64,000 nt of DNA from Trueperaceae bacterium (GTDB lineage: Bacteria; Deinococcota; Deinococci; Deinococcales; Trueperaceae): positions 352,001-416,000 of the forward strand of contig OZ243927.1 of the NCBI GenBank assembly GCA_965213925.1, written 5' to 3'. The position numbers and the translations under genes are program-made. Below, one piece after another: positions 38,662 to 49,436 of the stretch. The notes beneath the pieces are model-generated. The model made no database searches. It was not told the DNA's origin and saw nothing but the letters and a program-made list of their open reading frames with translations. Numbering within the stretch: position 1 is the first letter of the stretch; each line of letters begins with the position of its first letter.

Positions 38662-39972
38662 ATGCGAAATAGTGTTGCGAAAATTCTAGCTTTCCTCTTC
38701 CTCGCTACGTCGGGTCTCGCCTCCGCTCAGCCCGGAGAAGGCGCTGAGCCCCCTGCCGAACTCCTTACCTGGCTGCGCGAACACGCGCGACCTCTTCAGT
38801 CTGCGGTTCCTACAGATAGCAACGAAGACCTTCTACCGCTTAAAGAGATGATTGGCGACGCCCGCATCGTCGCGCTAGGTGAAGCGACGCACGGCACAAG
38901 CGAGTTTTTCACCATCAAGCACCGCATCGTCCAGTTCTTAGCCGAAGAGATGGACTTCACGGTCTTTTCCATCGAGGCGAACATGCCCGAGGCGTACCGG
39001 CTAAACGAGTATATACTGACGGGCGAGGGCAACCCGAGAGACCTCCTTAAAGGCATGTACTTCTGGACGTGGAACACGCAAGAGGTCTTGGACATGATTT
39101 TGTGGATGCGTGAGTTCAACGCTTCGGGGCAGGGGGTGATGCAATTTACGGGATTTGACATGCAATTCCCCACTGTTCCAGCGGAAGAGGTGAGGACGTT
39201 TGTGGCTCAGCACGACCCCGGCTACTTGGCTACCCTCGATGAAGCCTACGGCACTGTTATGAAAGCTCGTGAAGACAGTCGAGAGGTGCGCCCGAAAAGC
39301 ATAGAAGAGATAGAGACCACACGTAGTGTGTGGCGGAGTGAGGCTGAGCGTGTTTTAAGCGATCTAACAGAGCGGCAGAACACCTACAAAGATGCCACAG
39401 CTAGTGAGGTTGCCTGGGCAATTCAGAATGCGCGTATTATCGTTCAAGGGATGAACAAGGAGCTATCTGGGGAACGCGGCATTCGTGACTCAAGTATGGC
39501 TGCTAACGTCGAGTGGATTGTAGAGCAGAATCCGGGCGCTAAGGTTATTCTGTGGGCACATAACGCGCATGTTGCAGAAGCGTTGCTTCCTTACAACTAC
39601 ACTGTCGCAATGGGCGACGCGCTCGTTAGCCGTTATGGAGAGGACTACCTGTCTATCGGATTCAATTTCTACTCGGGTCAATACACGGCTGTCCGTCCTG
39701 GTGAAGGTCTTGGTATTCAGGTGACTGAACCTGCTCGCGCCGGGAGTATAGGTAGTGTCTTTCACGCTCTGAATTTACCTTTGTTTATGCTCGACCTGCG
39801 CACAGCCAAGGAGGACGCGCGGGCATCGTGGCTCGTTCGACCTCATGATGTGCGGGAGCTTGGTGCATTGGCGATAGAAGAGAGCCAAGCTTATCATTCG
39901 ACAGTTCTTACAGATAAGTACGACGCCGTCATCTTCGTTGACCAGATGACGCCTACAGACCTCTTCGAGTGA
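38662..39972 (+). CDS. Secreted erythromycin esterase-family protein
   Basis: LGEATHGTSEF, GFDMQ, RD..MA.N, LWAHNAH; signal peptide. Confidence 0.88.
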   Translation: MRNSVAKILAFLFLATSGLASAQPGEGAEPPAELLTWLREHARPLQSAVPTDSNEDLLPLKEMIGDARIVALGEATHGTSEFFTIKHRIVQFLAEEMDFTVFSIEANMPEAYRLNEYILTGEGNPRDLLKGMYFWTWNTQEVLDMILWMREFNASGQGVMQFTGFDMQFPTVPAEEVRTFVAQHDPGYLATLDEAYGTVMKAREDSREVRPKSIEEIETTRSVWRSEAERVLSDLTERQNTYKDATASEVAWAIQNARIIVQGMNKELSGERGIRDSSMAANVEWIVEQNPGAKVILWAHNAHVAEALLPYNYTVAMGDALVSRYGEDYLSIGFNFYSGQYTAVRPGEGLGIQVTEPARAGSIGSVFHALNLPLFMLDLRTAKEDARASWLVRPHDVRELGALAIEESQAYHSTVLTDKYDAVIFVDQMTPTDLFE

Positions 39973-39984
39973 GTGGCTTCGGCG

Positions 39985-40317
39985 TCAAAAGAGAGTAATG
40001 ACGCCGCCACTCGGGTTCTCGAGCAGCGCTTGAATATCTCCGTAGTGCTTCCTCAACATTGCCTCGACATCCGCTACTTTGCAGTTGCCACGCCTTATCC
40101 AGATGACGTAAGGCGGGAAGCCGAGCAGCAAACAGAGGTCGCTGAAGTCGGCGTCTTTGGTGACAATGAGGTAGTCCTCTCGCTGAGCATAATCCCGCAC
40201 CTCTTCGTCGTCAGCTCTATCCAAACCTACTAGGTAGACGTGGTTCGAGCCGGGATAGAGGTCGGCTAGACGGTCGACTAAGCGCGGTGATAAATTCTGG
40301 TCGAAAAGCAGATTCAC
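39985..40317 (-). CDS. DUF5615 PIN-like toxin
   Basis: LLFDQNLS...HV....L....D..V...A.....IVTKDADF. Confidence 0.88.
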   Translation of the reverse strand: MNLLFDQNLSPRLVDRLADLYPGSNHVYLVGLDRADDEEVRDYAQREDYLIVTKDADFSDLCLLLGFPPYVIWIRRGNCKVADVEAMLRKHYGDIQALLENPSGGVITLF

Positions 40318-40538
40318 GGCTGTACGAGCATGAGGTGCTTCTCTCTATCTGCGGCAAAGCTCAAGCACGCCAAAATATCCTCTTCGGTGAGGTAGGGGAA
40401 GTCTTCTAAAATTTCTTCGTGGGTCATGCCTGAGGCGAGGTATTCAAGCACATCATAGACTGTGATGCGCATCCCCCTGATGCAGGGCTTCCCGCTGCGC
40501 TTGCCCGGTTCGATGGTGATAATGTTGCGATAGTCCAT
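40314..40538 (-). CDS. DUF433 antitoxin
   Basis: GKPCIRGMRITV..VL..LA.G....EIL..FP.L..EDI.A.L. Confidence 0.92.
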   Translation of the reverse strand: MDYRNIITIEPGKRSGKPCIRGMRITVYDVLEYLASGMTHEEILEDFPYLTEEDILACLSFAADREKHLMLVQP

Positions 40539-40733
40539 AAGACTTATGTTACCTCAACCTATCTATACCAATTCTCGTGTGACCTCCTTCACTCGTCAGC
40601 CAAACTAACGGATAACTTAATCTCCCGTGCTAAATTAGAGTGTTTATGCAGGAGTTGTCTGCGCTATGTTTTCCTATTTCTTCCCTTAGACAACTCTGCT
40701 TCTTTACTTAGAGTCATAAGGAAGGTCACATAC

Positions 40734-43572
40734 ATGCTGTCTTTTTTCCAAAAGATGTTCGACAACAACGAACGCGACGTCAAGCGGATTGAGCGGAGCG
40801 TGGTGGAGGCGGTCAACGCGCTCGAGCCCACCGCTAAGGATATAGAGCACCTCCCCACCGAGTACGCCAAACTCCGCGAGCGTTACCAGGAAGGCGAAAA
40901 TCTAGACGACCTCTTACCTGAGTGCTTCGCGCTGGTGCGCGAGTCGGCGCGGCGCAACTTAGGCTTGCGCCACTACGACGTGCAGCTTATCGGCGGCGCA
41001 GCCTTGCACCAGGGCAAGATGGCGGAGATGAAAACGGGTGAAGGTAAAACGCTCGTCGCGACGCTTGCACTTGCCCTTAACGCCATTCCCGGCAAGGGCA
41101 CGCACCTCGTCACCACGAACGACTACTTGGTGCAGACGGGTGCGGAGTGGATGGGTCCCATCTATCGCGGGCTAGGGCTTACCGTAGGCGCGATTCAGCA
41201 CAGCCTCAAACCCGAACAGCGCCGCGCCGCCTACGGCTGCGACGTGACCTACATGACGAACTCTGAGCTGGGCTTCGACTATTTGCGCGACAACATGGCG
41301 TTTCGCCCCGAACAGCTTGTGTTGCGCGAGCAAACCCCGCTGCACTACGCTATCATCGACGAGGTGGACTCGATTCTCATCGACGAGGCGCGGACGCCTT
41401 TAATCATCTCCGGTCCGGCTGAGGTTGCCACCGATAAATACTACACGATGGCGAAGCTCGTGAAGGGCATGGAGCGCGGCGAACCTGCCGAGGGTGAGGA
41501 AAAACCCGCTACGGGCGACTACTCCGCCGACGAAAAGACCAAAGACATTCACTTAACCGAGCAGGGCATCGAAAAAGCGGAGAAGATGCTAGGTATTGAA
41601 GACATCTTCAGCGCCAAAAACATGGAACTCGGTCACATGGTCCGCCAGGCGTTACGCGCCAAAGAGCACTACCACCGCGACAAGCAGTACGTGAAAGACG
41701 ACAACGGACAAATTCTCATCGTTGACGAGTTCACAGGTCGCCTCATGCCGGGGCGTCGCTTCGGCGAAGGCTTGCACCAAGCCATTGAAGCGAAAGAGGG
41801 CGTCAAGATCGAGCGCGAGAACCAGACGCTCGCCACGGTCACGTACCAGAACTTCTTCAAGCTCTACGACAAGATCGCGGGGATGACGGGTACGGCGAAA
41901 ACCGAAGAGAAGGAATTTCAGGAGATTTACTCCACCGACGTGCTCATTATCCCCACCAACAAGCCCGTCATCCGCGCCGACCACGACGACATCGTCTACC
42001 GCACCGAGCAGGGCAAGTTCGACGCCGTCGTCGCCGAAATCGAAGAGATTCACAAGACGGGGCAGCCGATTTTGGTCGGTAGCGTGACCATCGACGCCTC
42101 GGAGCGCTTATCCTCGATGCTCAAGAAGAAGGGCGTCAAGCACCAGGTCCTGAACGCGAAGTATCACGAGAAGGAGGCGGAGATCGTCGCGCAGGCCGGG
42201 CGCAGCGGAGCCGTCACCATCTCGACAAACATGGCAGGTCGCGGTACGGACATCGTCTTGGGGGGCAACCCCGAAGCGTTAGCGGGACAGCTTTTAGAGC
42301 GCGAAGGCTTCAGCCGCTACGAGCGCAAAACCGAGCTATTTATCAAAGCCGTGATGCTCCGCAAAGAGGACGAAATCCGCAAACTTGCCTCTGAGATTGA
42401 GGACTTACCGCACGACATCATCCCACGCCTGGAGACGATTCGCGACCAAGCCCAAGCGGACCACGAAAAGGTTGTAGAGTTGGGCGGACTCCACATCATC
42501 GGCACAGAGCGCCACGAGTCGCGCCGCATTGACAACCAGTTGCGCGGACGTGCGGGGCGTCAAGGGGACCCAGGCTCGAGCCGCTTCTACGTCTCCTTCG
42601 ACGACGACCTCATGCGGCTCTTTGCGTCTGAGCGCGTCTTAGGCATGATGGACCGCTTAGGCATGGACGACGAGCAGCCCATCGAAGCGGGCATGGTCAC
42701 GGGCGCGATCGAGCGGGCGCAAAAGCGCGTCGAGGACCGCAACTTCGGCATCCGCAAGCAGCTTTTAGAGTTCGATAACGTGATGAGCAAGCAGCGCGAG
42801 GTCATCTACGCGCAGCGCCGCGACATTCTCTTGGGTAACGACATCTCCGACGACGTGCAGGACATGATCGCGGAGTACGTGGACGCGCAGGTGCAGAACT
42901 ACCTGAATATGGAGTTGGAGCCCGAAGAGCAGGAGATCGACCAACTTCGCACTGCCGTCATTGATGCGGTGCCTGCTTTAGAGGATTTCGACTTCGAAGC
43001 CTTGCGCGGTCAAGAGCCGGACGAGGCGACGGACAAGCTCGTCCCGGAAATCGAAGCGACGTATAAAGCCCGCGAAGAGGAACTCGGCGAGAGCCTCATG
43101 CGCGAGTTGGAGCGCTTTATCGTCCTGCAAGTTGTAGACAATCACTGGAAAGAGCAGCTTCACAACATGGACGTGCTGCGCCAGGGCATCGGCCTTGCGC
43201 GGTTACGGTCAGCGCAACCCCTTGCAGGAATACGCTTTCGAAGGCTTCAATCTGTTCGAAGAGATGAAGCAGGGCATCCGCTTGCAGGTCGCGAGACTTC
43301 TCTTTCGCGTGCAGGTGCAGACCGAGCAGCCCTTACAGCGTGAGGAAAAGCAACCTGCTGCTAAAAAGATGGACTACCTCACCGACCAGCCGCAGATTGG
43401 CAACAACGTCGGGCAGCGGGCGGCGCAAGGTGGACCGACCCGCCCGATTCAGAATGACGAAAAGGTCGGGCGTAACGACCCCTGCCCTTGCGGAAGCGGC
43501 AAGAAGTACAAGCACTGCCACGGTCGCGGCGGCGGCACCGGGGTGAGTGCGCCGAGTCAACCGTCGGCATAG
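40734..43572 (+). CDS. secA: Preprotein translocase SecA; +1 indel at ~43194
   Basis: [41 protein letters not shown]; continues in another frame [12 protein letters not shown] to the SEC-C motif [18 protein letters not shown]. Confidence 0.97.
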
Positions 43573-43586
43573 ATAAACGCATCCAA

Positions 43587-43620
43587 GAAAGAGCCGCGAA
43601 GCTAACTTCGCGGCTCTTTC
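43587..43620. terminator. Bidirectional intrinsic terminator
   Basis: GAAAGAGCCGCGAAG-CTAA-CTTCGCGGCTCTTTC between convergent genes. Confidence 0.85.
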
Positions 43621-43635
43621 CGTTTTGAGACACGC

Positions 43636-43998
43636 CTATTCGTTGACGACAAGGATGTTGGTTTGGGCGGTGTCGGCGCGCATGGCGGGTGGGGGCTCGA
43701 GCGGGCGCACCGTCACGCGGCCGTAGACCTCTTCGTCGCCCCATTCGGTGTCGACGGTACTCGTGCGCAGGCGGCGGTTCAGCTGTACCCTCTCGGTAGC
43801 GCTGTTTACACGAAAGTTTCGAGCCACGGGGGAGCTAAGGCTATCGTCCCACACGTTGTCGTCTTCTCTCATCTGAAGTCTAAGCTGCCACAGTGAGCCG
43901 ACCTCGTGCGGCGCAAAACGAATGGTTGTGTCCGTAAAGAACGTGATGACGCTACCATTTTTGGTGCTCGTGAGCGTTGAGCGGGTGATTTCTGCCAT
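43636..43998 (-). CDS. Hypothetical protein (beta-rich)
   Basis: AAAGGAAG RBS before ATG 43998; 120 aa. Confidence 0.7.
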   Translation of the reverse strand: MAEITRSTLTSTKNGSVITFFTDTTIRFAPHEVGSLWQLRLQMREDDNVWDDSLSSPVARNFRVNSATERVQLNRRLRTSTVDTEWGDEEVYGRVTVRPLEPPPAMRADTAQTNILVVNE

Positions 43999-44100
43999 TG
44001 TTTTCTTCCTTTCTCGTTGCTTGTGGGCTCGAGCCATCGTTACCGTAGCTTAGGAGGGCTGAACGCAGCCTGACCGCCTAGACTTGCTACACTTGGCGTT

Positions 44101-44976
44101 ATGAATCCTTTCGCTGTCCGCCTCTTTGAGCGCATCCGCAAGGTGAATTCGAGGGTCTGTCTCGGCATCGACCCCCGCCCCGAGGCGCACCCTTTATCCC
44201 ATCCGAACAGATTCAAAAACGACCCTGCCCAGGTTGCCAAAGCCGCCCTTTACTACTTCCAAGCTATCGTCCAAGCGACGGAGCACGCAGTGGCGTGTTA
44301 CAAGCTCCAATCTGCCTTTTTCGAAGTGCTAGGGATTCCTGGTCTCATCAGCATGGCGCAGCTTACCGCAGACATCAAGTCGAGAGGTATTCCGGTCATC
44401 TTAGACGCCAAGCGCGGCGATATCGGTCCGACGGCGGAGGCGTACGCGAGCGCGTATCTGGGTGACGGCGTCTTCTCCGCCGACGCGCTCACGGTCAATC
44501 CGTACTTAGGCGTCGAAAGCTTAGCGCCCTTTCTCGCTCAGGCGGTGAGCGAAGCGCGCGGCGTGTTCGTTTTGGTCAAAACTTCGAACCTCGGCAGCGC
44601 GGATTTTCAAGACGTCCATACCGAGGGCGGACGCAAGCTCTACGAGCGCGTCGCCGACAGCCTGACGGAACTGGCGAAGGAGCACCTCGTCGGGCAGTAT
44701 TCACCGGTTGGGGCAGTCGTGGGTGCGACCTATCCGGGAGAACTCAAAGCACTCCGTCAGCGACTACCTCACAGCGTGTTGCTCGTCCCCGGTTACGGCG
44801 CGCAAGGCGCGGCGGCGGCGGATGTGGTGGGGGCGTTCGACGAGGATGGGTTCGGGGCGGTGGTCAGCTCGAGCCGCGCGCTGACCTACATTACCCAAGA
44901 GGACGACTTTTCGGTGCGGGCGCAAGGTGCCGCCGAAGCGATGAGAGACGAGATTAACGCGGCACTTCGAGGCTAG
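44101..44976 (+). CDS. pyrF: Orotidine-5'-phosphate decarboxylase
   Basis: CLGIDP, DAKRGDIG.T, TVNPYLG, KTSN, VVGAT, PGYGAQG, SSR. Confidence 0.96.
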   Translation: MNPFAVRLFERIRKVNSRVCLGIDPRPEAHPLSHPNRFKNDPAQVAKAALYYFQAIVQATEHAVACYKLQSAFFEVLGIPGLISMAQLTADIKSRGIPVILDAKRGDIGPTAEAYASAYLGDGVFSADALTVNPYLGVESLAPFLAQAVSEARGVFVLVKTSNLGSADFQDVHTEGGRKLYERVADSLTELAKEHLVGQYSPVGAVVGATYPGELKALRQRLPHSVLLVPGYGAQGAAAADVVGAFDEDGFGAVVSSSRALTYITQEDDFSVRAQGAAEAMRDEINAALRG

Positions 44977-44980
44977 ATGT

Positions 44981-45699
44981 TTAGAGAAAAGCTTCTAGCG
45001 CTCTGTACACGTCGCTCGGCGAGTTGACGTGTACCGCTTTCATTCCGGTTGCTCTAGCGGCTGAAACGTTCGGCTCAGTATCGTCGAAGAACATGATCTC
45101 TCCAGGGTGAAGTCCTATAGCAGGTATCATCTGGTTTGAGCCAGTCTCACGAGATAAAACATCGTTCAGCACGCACTTTAGGGGATGATACCTGCGTGAT
45201 TCAAACTCAGTACTTCTGATAACCACTATATTTCCGAGATGACGTAAAGGAAAGCGTCCGGCTCGGGTTTCCGCTTACCCATGTCGGAGGAGACAAAGAT
45301 TCGCTCGAACGGCGTGAGCGCGTCCGCGTAACGCTGAGACCAGAACGATTGATGGGTCGCGTTAGTGTTGCTAAAGGCGTAGAGAGGTAGCCTACCCTCC
45401 AACTGACGGATAAGTTGCACCGTCGGCGCAATTTCACCCAAGAAAATAGCGTTCCAGCCCTCTTCGAACTGCGCGTTTGATATCGCTATCCCTAGCGTCG
45501 TGCGGAGCGAAGTGTAGTATGTCTCCGCGTCTATCTCCCCGCGCTCATGCTGTTCGTACGCCTCGTCTAGCGTGAAGCGCGACCGGAGCGTCTCGAGGTT
45601 CGCGCTTGCATGAGCGCTCCACCGCTCGAGCACCTTATCGAAACTGACGTCGATAATGACACCACCCAGGTCGAACAACAAAGCCTTAATTTGGGTCAA
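44981..45699 (-). pseudogene. HAD phosphatase (YihX-like) interrupted by MITE
   Basis: FDLGGV, SNTN, RKPE ... [insert] GLHPGEIMFFDD...N; deleting 45118-45228 and one TA restores ...SEIGLHPGE... in frame. Confidence 0.85.
45118..45228. mobile_element. 111-bp MITE (TAGCAG family)
   Basis: TAGCAGGTATCA...TGATAACCACTA imperfect TIRs, TA duplication, internal GCAGGTATCATC/GATGATACCTGC stem. Confidence 0.85.
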
Positions 45700-45762
45700 A
45701 CCAACACCTCTTCCGCTCGAGGCTCTCTCAATTCAGTACCCTATTCCCCCCGAGGAGCGTCT

Positions 45763-47793
45763 TCACAATTCGCCTTTAGTAACTGCGCCAAAAGCACGTT
45801 CCAACCGTCCCGAAAGCGAGCGCACATAACTCGCCGTGAGATGGTTATAGTCTCTGAACAAAATGCGCTCCTCGGTTTGGACGACACACACGCCTTCGGG
45901 ACAGATAACGTCCGTCAAGTCGAGCAGGTGGACGTTGCGAAACTCCCTCGCCGCTTCCTGCTGCGCCTCGAACACCTCTACGCTTTTCCAATTGCGCGCA
46001 GGGAAGTCGCACGAGCGTTCCCCTACGTCAAGCCCGAGGGTGCGTCGCCACGTCTTTCGCGAGAGGCACGCCGGGACGTCGCCCTCGGGTAGAGGCGAGT
46101 CTCGTAGGACCACCACGCTTTCAGCAATAGCTGCTAGGTCCGCAAAAATCGCCTCGCTGCCCACACGCCAGTCCTGCGAGTCGAGCACCCCGTAGTGGCT
46201 GAACGACGACATCACGACTAGGTCGGGGCGGACCTCTTTCATTCTCTCGAGGGCCGCCTCGCGCCACACGTCGCACTCGGTGTAGTCGCGCCCTAAGCTC
46301 TGCGCGAAGAGCATAATGTCGATACCCGGACACCCGACCTTCAAAAAGTATAGCAGCCGCCAACCCCGCCTCGAGGCAGCTTCTTGAAGTGCTGGTGCCC
46401 ACTGCGCGGCGTGGCTGTCGCCGTAGAGCGCCACGGTGAAGGTCGCGTCCGCTGGACCTTCGTTGCAGTCTGCTAAGCGGGTCTCGAGCCGCTGAACGGT
46501 GCAGCGCCAGTTGGACACGGTGGGTTTGTCCTCCTGCGCCGCGATATACCGTCGTTGCTCGGGGCTGCGCGACTGCGCCGCCGCCACGCCCCACCACGAC
46601 GCGCTCAGGCTGATAGACAAGAGGGCGAGCGCGCCTAGAAGTGTCGCGCCGTACACCGTGCGCCCTAGCGTGCGGCTGCGGCGCGCAGGATTCTCCACGA
46701 AGCGGTACGACAGCGCCGCCAAGCCAAGGGAAAGGGTAAGGACAGCGAGTGTTTGTAAGGGCGTGAGGTCGCCGTACTCCCTCGCAAAGACCAGCGCGGG
46801 CCAGTGCCAGAGGTACCACGAGTACGAGAGGCGTCCGAAAAAGCGTAAGGGAGACCAGGAGAGGACTAGGGCCAACCCCCTATCAGCCCCCTTTTTAACC
46901 TCAGCGGTACCCGCGCGCAAGACAAAAACCGTGCCGAGTACGGGTAGCAGCGCGGTCCAGCCCGGAAACGGCGTGCGGGCGGTGTAGAGGCTACCCGCAA
47001 GGATAACCGCGGCGAGCCCGAGCCAGCCTAAGACGTGTGCGAAGCTGCGCCTTCCTAGCTCGAGACTCGGAACGAGCGCGGCGAGCCCGCCGAGCGCAAA
47101 CTCCCACACGCGCGTTGGCGACGAGAAGAACGCCCAGTGCGTCCACCCCACCCCATTGAGAAGGAGCGTGAGCGCGAACGACGCCGTCGCCACCGCTACG
47201 ATTCCCCAGACGAGGCGTCGGCGGTTTAAGGTTGGCGTACGTCGAGGTTTGCGAAAGCTGAGCCCTACCAGCAACCCTAGAACGAGCGCGGGCCAAAAGA
47301 GGTAAAACTGCTCCTCGACCGAGAGCGACCACATGTGGAGCAGGGGGTTCGTCTCCGCGTCCACCGCCAGATAATCCGTCGCCCTCAATCCGAAAAAGAG
47401 GTTCGATACATAAGCCGCCGACGCGAGCGCCGTTTTCGCTAGGTCGATCTGCGCCAGCGGCGCATAATAGACGAACGCGAACGCGCCCACGCACGCGAGG
47501 AGCAGCGCCGCCGCGGGCAGCAAGCGGCGGGCGCGGCGGGCGTAAAACCGCAAGAGGTCGACCCTACCTGTCTCCTCGACCTCTTTAACCAAGATGCCCG
47601 TGATGAGATAGCCCGACAGGACGAAAAACACGTCCACCCCGACGTAGCCCCCGGAGAAGCCCGGCACCTCGGCGTGGTAGAGCACGACCAAGAGAACGGC
47701 GATTCCGCGCAACCCTTCGATGTCGGTGCGCCAAGCGAGTGTGGACGGTGGGGGTGAAGTGAGGTCTTTCAGAAAGTAAATTTTACACGACAA
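45763..47793 (-). CDS. Acyltransferase-3 + SGNH domain protein (OafA/OatA-like O-acetyltransferase)
   Basis: R.DIEGLRGIAV, GVDVFFVLSGYLIT, HMWSLSVEEQFY, SYSWYLWHWP, GDSHA, D.NHLT. Confidence 0.93.
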   Translation of the reverse strand: MSCKIYFLKDLTSPPPSTLAWRTDIEGLRGIAVLLVVLYHAEVPGFSGGYVGVDVFFVLSGYLITGILVKEVEETGRVDLLRFYARRARRLLPAAALLLACVGAFAFVYYAPLAQIDLAKTALASAAYVSNLFFGLRATDYLAVDAETNPLLHMWSLSVEEQFYLFWPALVLGLLVGLSFRKPRRTPTLNRRRLVWGIVAVATASFALTLLLNGVGWTHWAFFSSPTRVWEFALGGLAALVPSLELGRRSFAHVLGWLGLAAVILAGSLYTARTPFPGWTALLPVLGTVFVLRAGTAEVKKGADRGLALVLSWSPLRFFGRLSYSWYLWHWPALVFAREYGDLTPLQTLAVLTLSLGLAALSYRFVENPARRSRTLGRTVYGATLLGALALLSISLSASWWGVAAAQSRSPEQRRYIAAQEDKPTVSNWRCTVQRLETRLADCNEGPADATFTVALYGDSHAAQWAPALQEAASRRGWRLLYFLKVGCPGIDIMLFAQSLGRDYTECDVWREAALERMKEVRPDLVVMSSFSHYGVLDSQDWRVGSEAIFADLAAIAESVVVLRDSPLPEGDVPACLSRKTWRRTLGLDVGERSCDFPARNWKSVEVFEAQQEAAREFRNVHLLDLTDVICPEGVCVVQTEERILFRDYNHLTASYVRSLSGRLERAFGAVTKGEL

Positions 47794-48028
47794 CGCTCTA
47801 AGAAGTGGTGGGAGCTTGACTTAGTGGTCGACACACGTAGTTTGGAGGGGAAGAGCCTAATGGTTGAGGAACCCGAAGCGCGCTCCCACCTGTACCACCC
47901 AAGAGGATGACCTTTTACCAAACCTCTTTGCCGACAGTGTATTCGGTCTATCGCTTCATGAATATGCCCGTCGTTGAGTTCGTACTTTTCCTCCATAGAG
48001 ACCTCATCTCATGTCACCAGACTACGCA

Positions 48029-48118
48029 CTACCAAATCTCATTCCCGACAGGTTCGCTTGTATCCACTTCGGCGTGGCGGTTTTCGTCAGTGATGCCTGC
48101 TACAAGCTGCTCGAGCGA
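48029..48118 (-). pseudogene. 3' remnant of a mazE-type antitoxin
   Basis: SLEQLVAGITDENRHAEVDTSEPVGNEIW* versus SLEQLVEGITEENTHAEIDTGEPVGNEVW* of the intact copy at 49776. Confidence 0.8.
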
Positions 48119-48141
48119 ACGCTACTGTTTCAGCGCTATTT

Positions 48142-48750
48142 TTACCTTGACCAAGGCTGTATTAGGAAGCCTGCTTGAGAAAAGTGTCTGTCAAACGCTA
48201 GTGCTATTTGAATGGTTTGCTTTTCCGTAACGACAAAAGAAATACAGTCGGTAAGCGAGTACGCTTTATCCTCATGTTCTTGGAAATATCGCCAGCCCTT
48301 CTGAAAAAGTGCGTCATCTACAAAAACTACCTGAAGGGATGAACTAAGCAAGAGGCGATTTCCCACCTCGACAGCTTTAGCATGAAATCCGCGACTGTTG
48401 AAGAATGTGACGACCTCATCAAACACGTAAGAGGTCGTAACAATAGTAGGCAAATCGGTTTTTAGATCGTTCCAGTGAGCGAGTGCGGCTCGGTGGTTCT
48501 GGTCGTTTGCCAGCTCCAAAGCCAACACCCGTATCCATAAAGACGGTGGGCATTGGTACAAGTGGCTGTCGTGTTTCTGTGAAGCGTCGCTGACCTCGTC
48601 CTCAAGAGGTTGACTGCCGAGACCTAAGATAGGGTCAGCTAGAGGCACAACGAGAATCGTGTCGCCCTCCTTGCGAATTTCTACGGCGTCAATGCCCTCG
48701 AGCAAAGCCTTAGGGATGAGCACGCCATCGTTCGTAACTTGAGCTTTCAT
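48142..48750 (-). CDS. AbrB-like antitoxin fused by frameshift to VapC (PIN) toxin
   Basis: N-terminal GVLIPK..L....VEIRKE; out-of-frame VapC start MPTVFMDTG at 48553; C-terminal TT..V.DE, SLTDCISF, FDRHF. Confidence 0.8.
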   Translation of the reverse strand: MKAQVTNDGVLIPKALLEGIDAVEIRKEGDTILVVPLADPILGLGSQPLEDEVSDASQKHDSHLYQCPPSLWIRVLALELANDQNHRAALAHWNDLKTDLPTIVTTSYVFDEVVTFFNSRGFHAKAVEVGNRLLLSSSLQVVFVDDALFQKGWRYFQEHEDKAYSLTDCISFVVTEKQTIQIALAFDRHFSQAGFLIQPWSR

Positions 48751-48809
48751 AGCAGTATTATACTCGAGGTGAGTGAGCAGGCTCGAGCGACCTCTTGAGG
48801 ATGAGAATG

Positions 48810-49253
48810 CTACTTCTCGAGACCCTCCAAATCGAGCAAGTCCTGTGGTCTCCCTGATGCCCGCTTCGCCTTTATAAGATCAACTTTGGAGATGAAGTGC
48901 ATCTCTTCTCCGGCGAGAAGCACAGTTTCTCGGTTTCGCCACGCTTCTGCGAAGTCAACGCCTGGGATGGACATAAGCACGTCAACTCGTAGTGGCGGAG
49001 CGCCCATCTGGTAGAAGTAACCTTCTTCAGCAAAATCTTGCGGTGTGAGGTTTTCAAGAGGTGCGCCGAACTCGGTAAGCGCGGCGTAAATCGCCCTAGC
49101 GTTTTTGTCATCAACTGCAATGAGTAAGTCTAAATCCTTTGTAAACCTCGGCTCGCTGTAGCGCATCACTGCGTAGCCGCCGACGATCAGATAGCGAACC
49201 TCATAGCTTCCCAAAAGTCTCAAGAGTTCTCTGAAGTCGGGGCTCGTCAGCAT
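48810..49253 (-). CDS. Nucleotidyltransferase-fold protein (DUF6036-like)
   Basis: IVGGYAV....PR.TKDLD; LIKAK.A.GR.QD..D. Confidence 0.85.
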   Translation of the reverse strand: MLTSPDFRELLRLLGSYEVRYLIVGGYAVMRYSEPRFTKDLDLLIAVDDKNARAIYAALTEFGAPLENLTPQDFAEEGYFYQMGAPPLRVDVLMSIPGVDFAEAWRNRETVLLAGEEMHFISKVDLIKAKRASGRPQDLLDLEGLEK

Positions 49254-49392
49254 AGCCTTCCTTTAGAAGAAGATAGTCTTTGATGAGTTGCGTGGCGGCC
49301 TCGAAGAGAACTTCGGGGGGTTGGCTCTGCCAAAAGGCGATGTCAAAGTCATCCTCTTCGCCTAGTTTGCCGTAGTTTTCTCTGATGGGCAT
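49201..49392 (-). CDS. Small partner protein of the nucleotidyltransferase (putative antitoxin)
   Basis: D..FWQSQ.PE..F.A...L; PRLQR; overlaps downstream gene. Confidence 0.7.
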   Translation of the reverse strand: MPIRENYGKLGEEDDFDIAFWQSQPPEVLFEAATQLIKDYLLLKEGYADEPRLQRTLETFGKL

Positions 49393-49436
49393 AGTGATAG
49401 TTTACTTCAGAAGAGGGGAGTGTGGGGCTCGAGTGA

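Noticed and set aside
38662..39972. Macrolide-resistance determinant
   Set aside because: Family membership alone does not imply Ere activity; many homologues are uncharacterised secreted hydrolases
43180..43210. Programmed frameshift in secA
   Set aside because: No slippery sequence; several similar +1 indels elsewhere point to assembly error
47769..47996. 75-aa ORF MEEKYELNDGHIHEAIDRIH...
   Set aside because: Has an RBS but looks like a truncated fragment running into unrelated sequence; no function supportable
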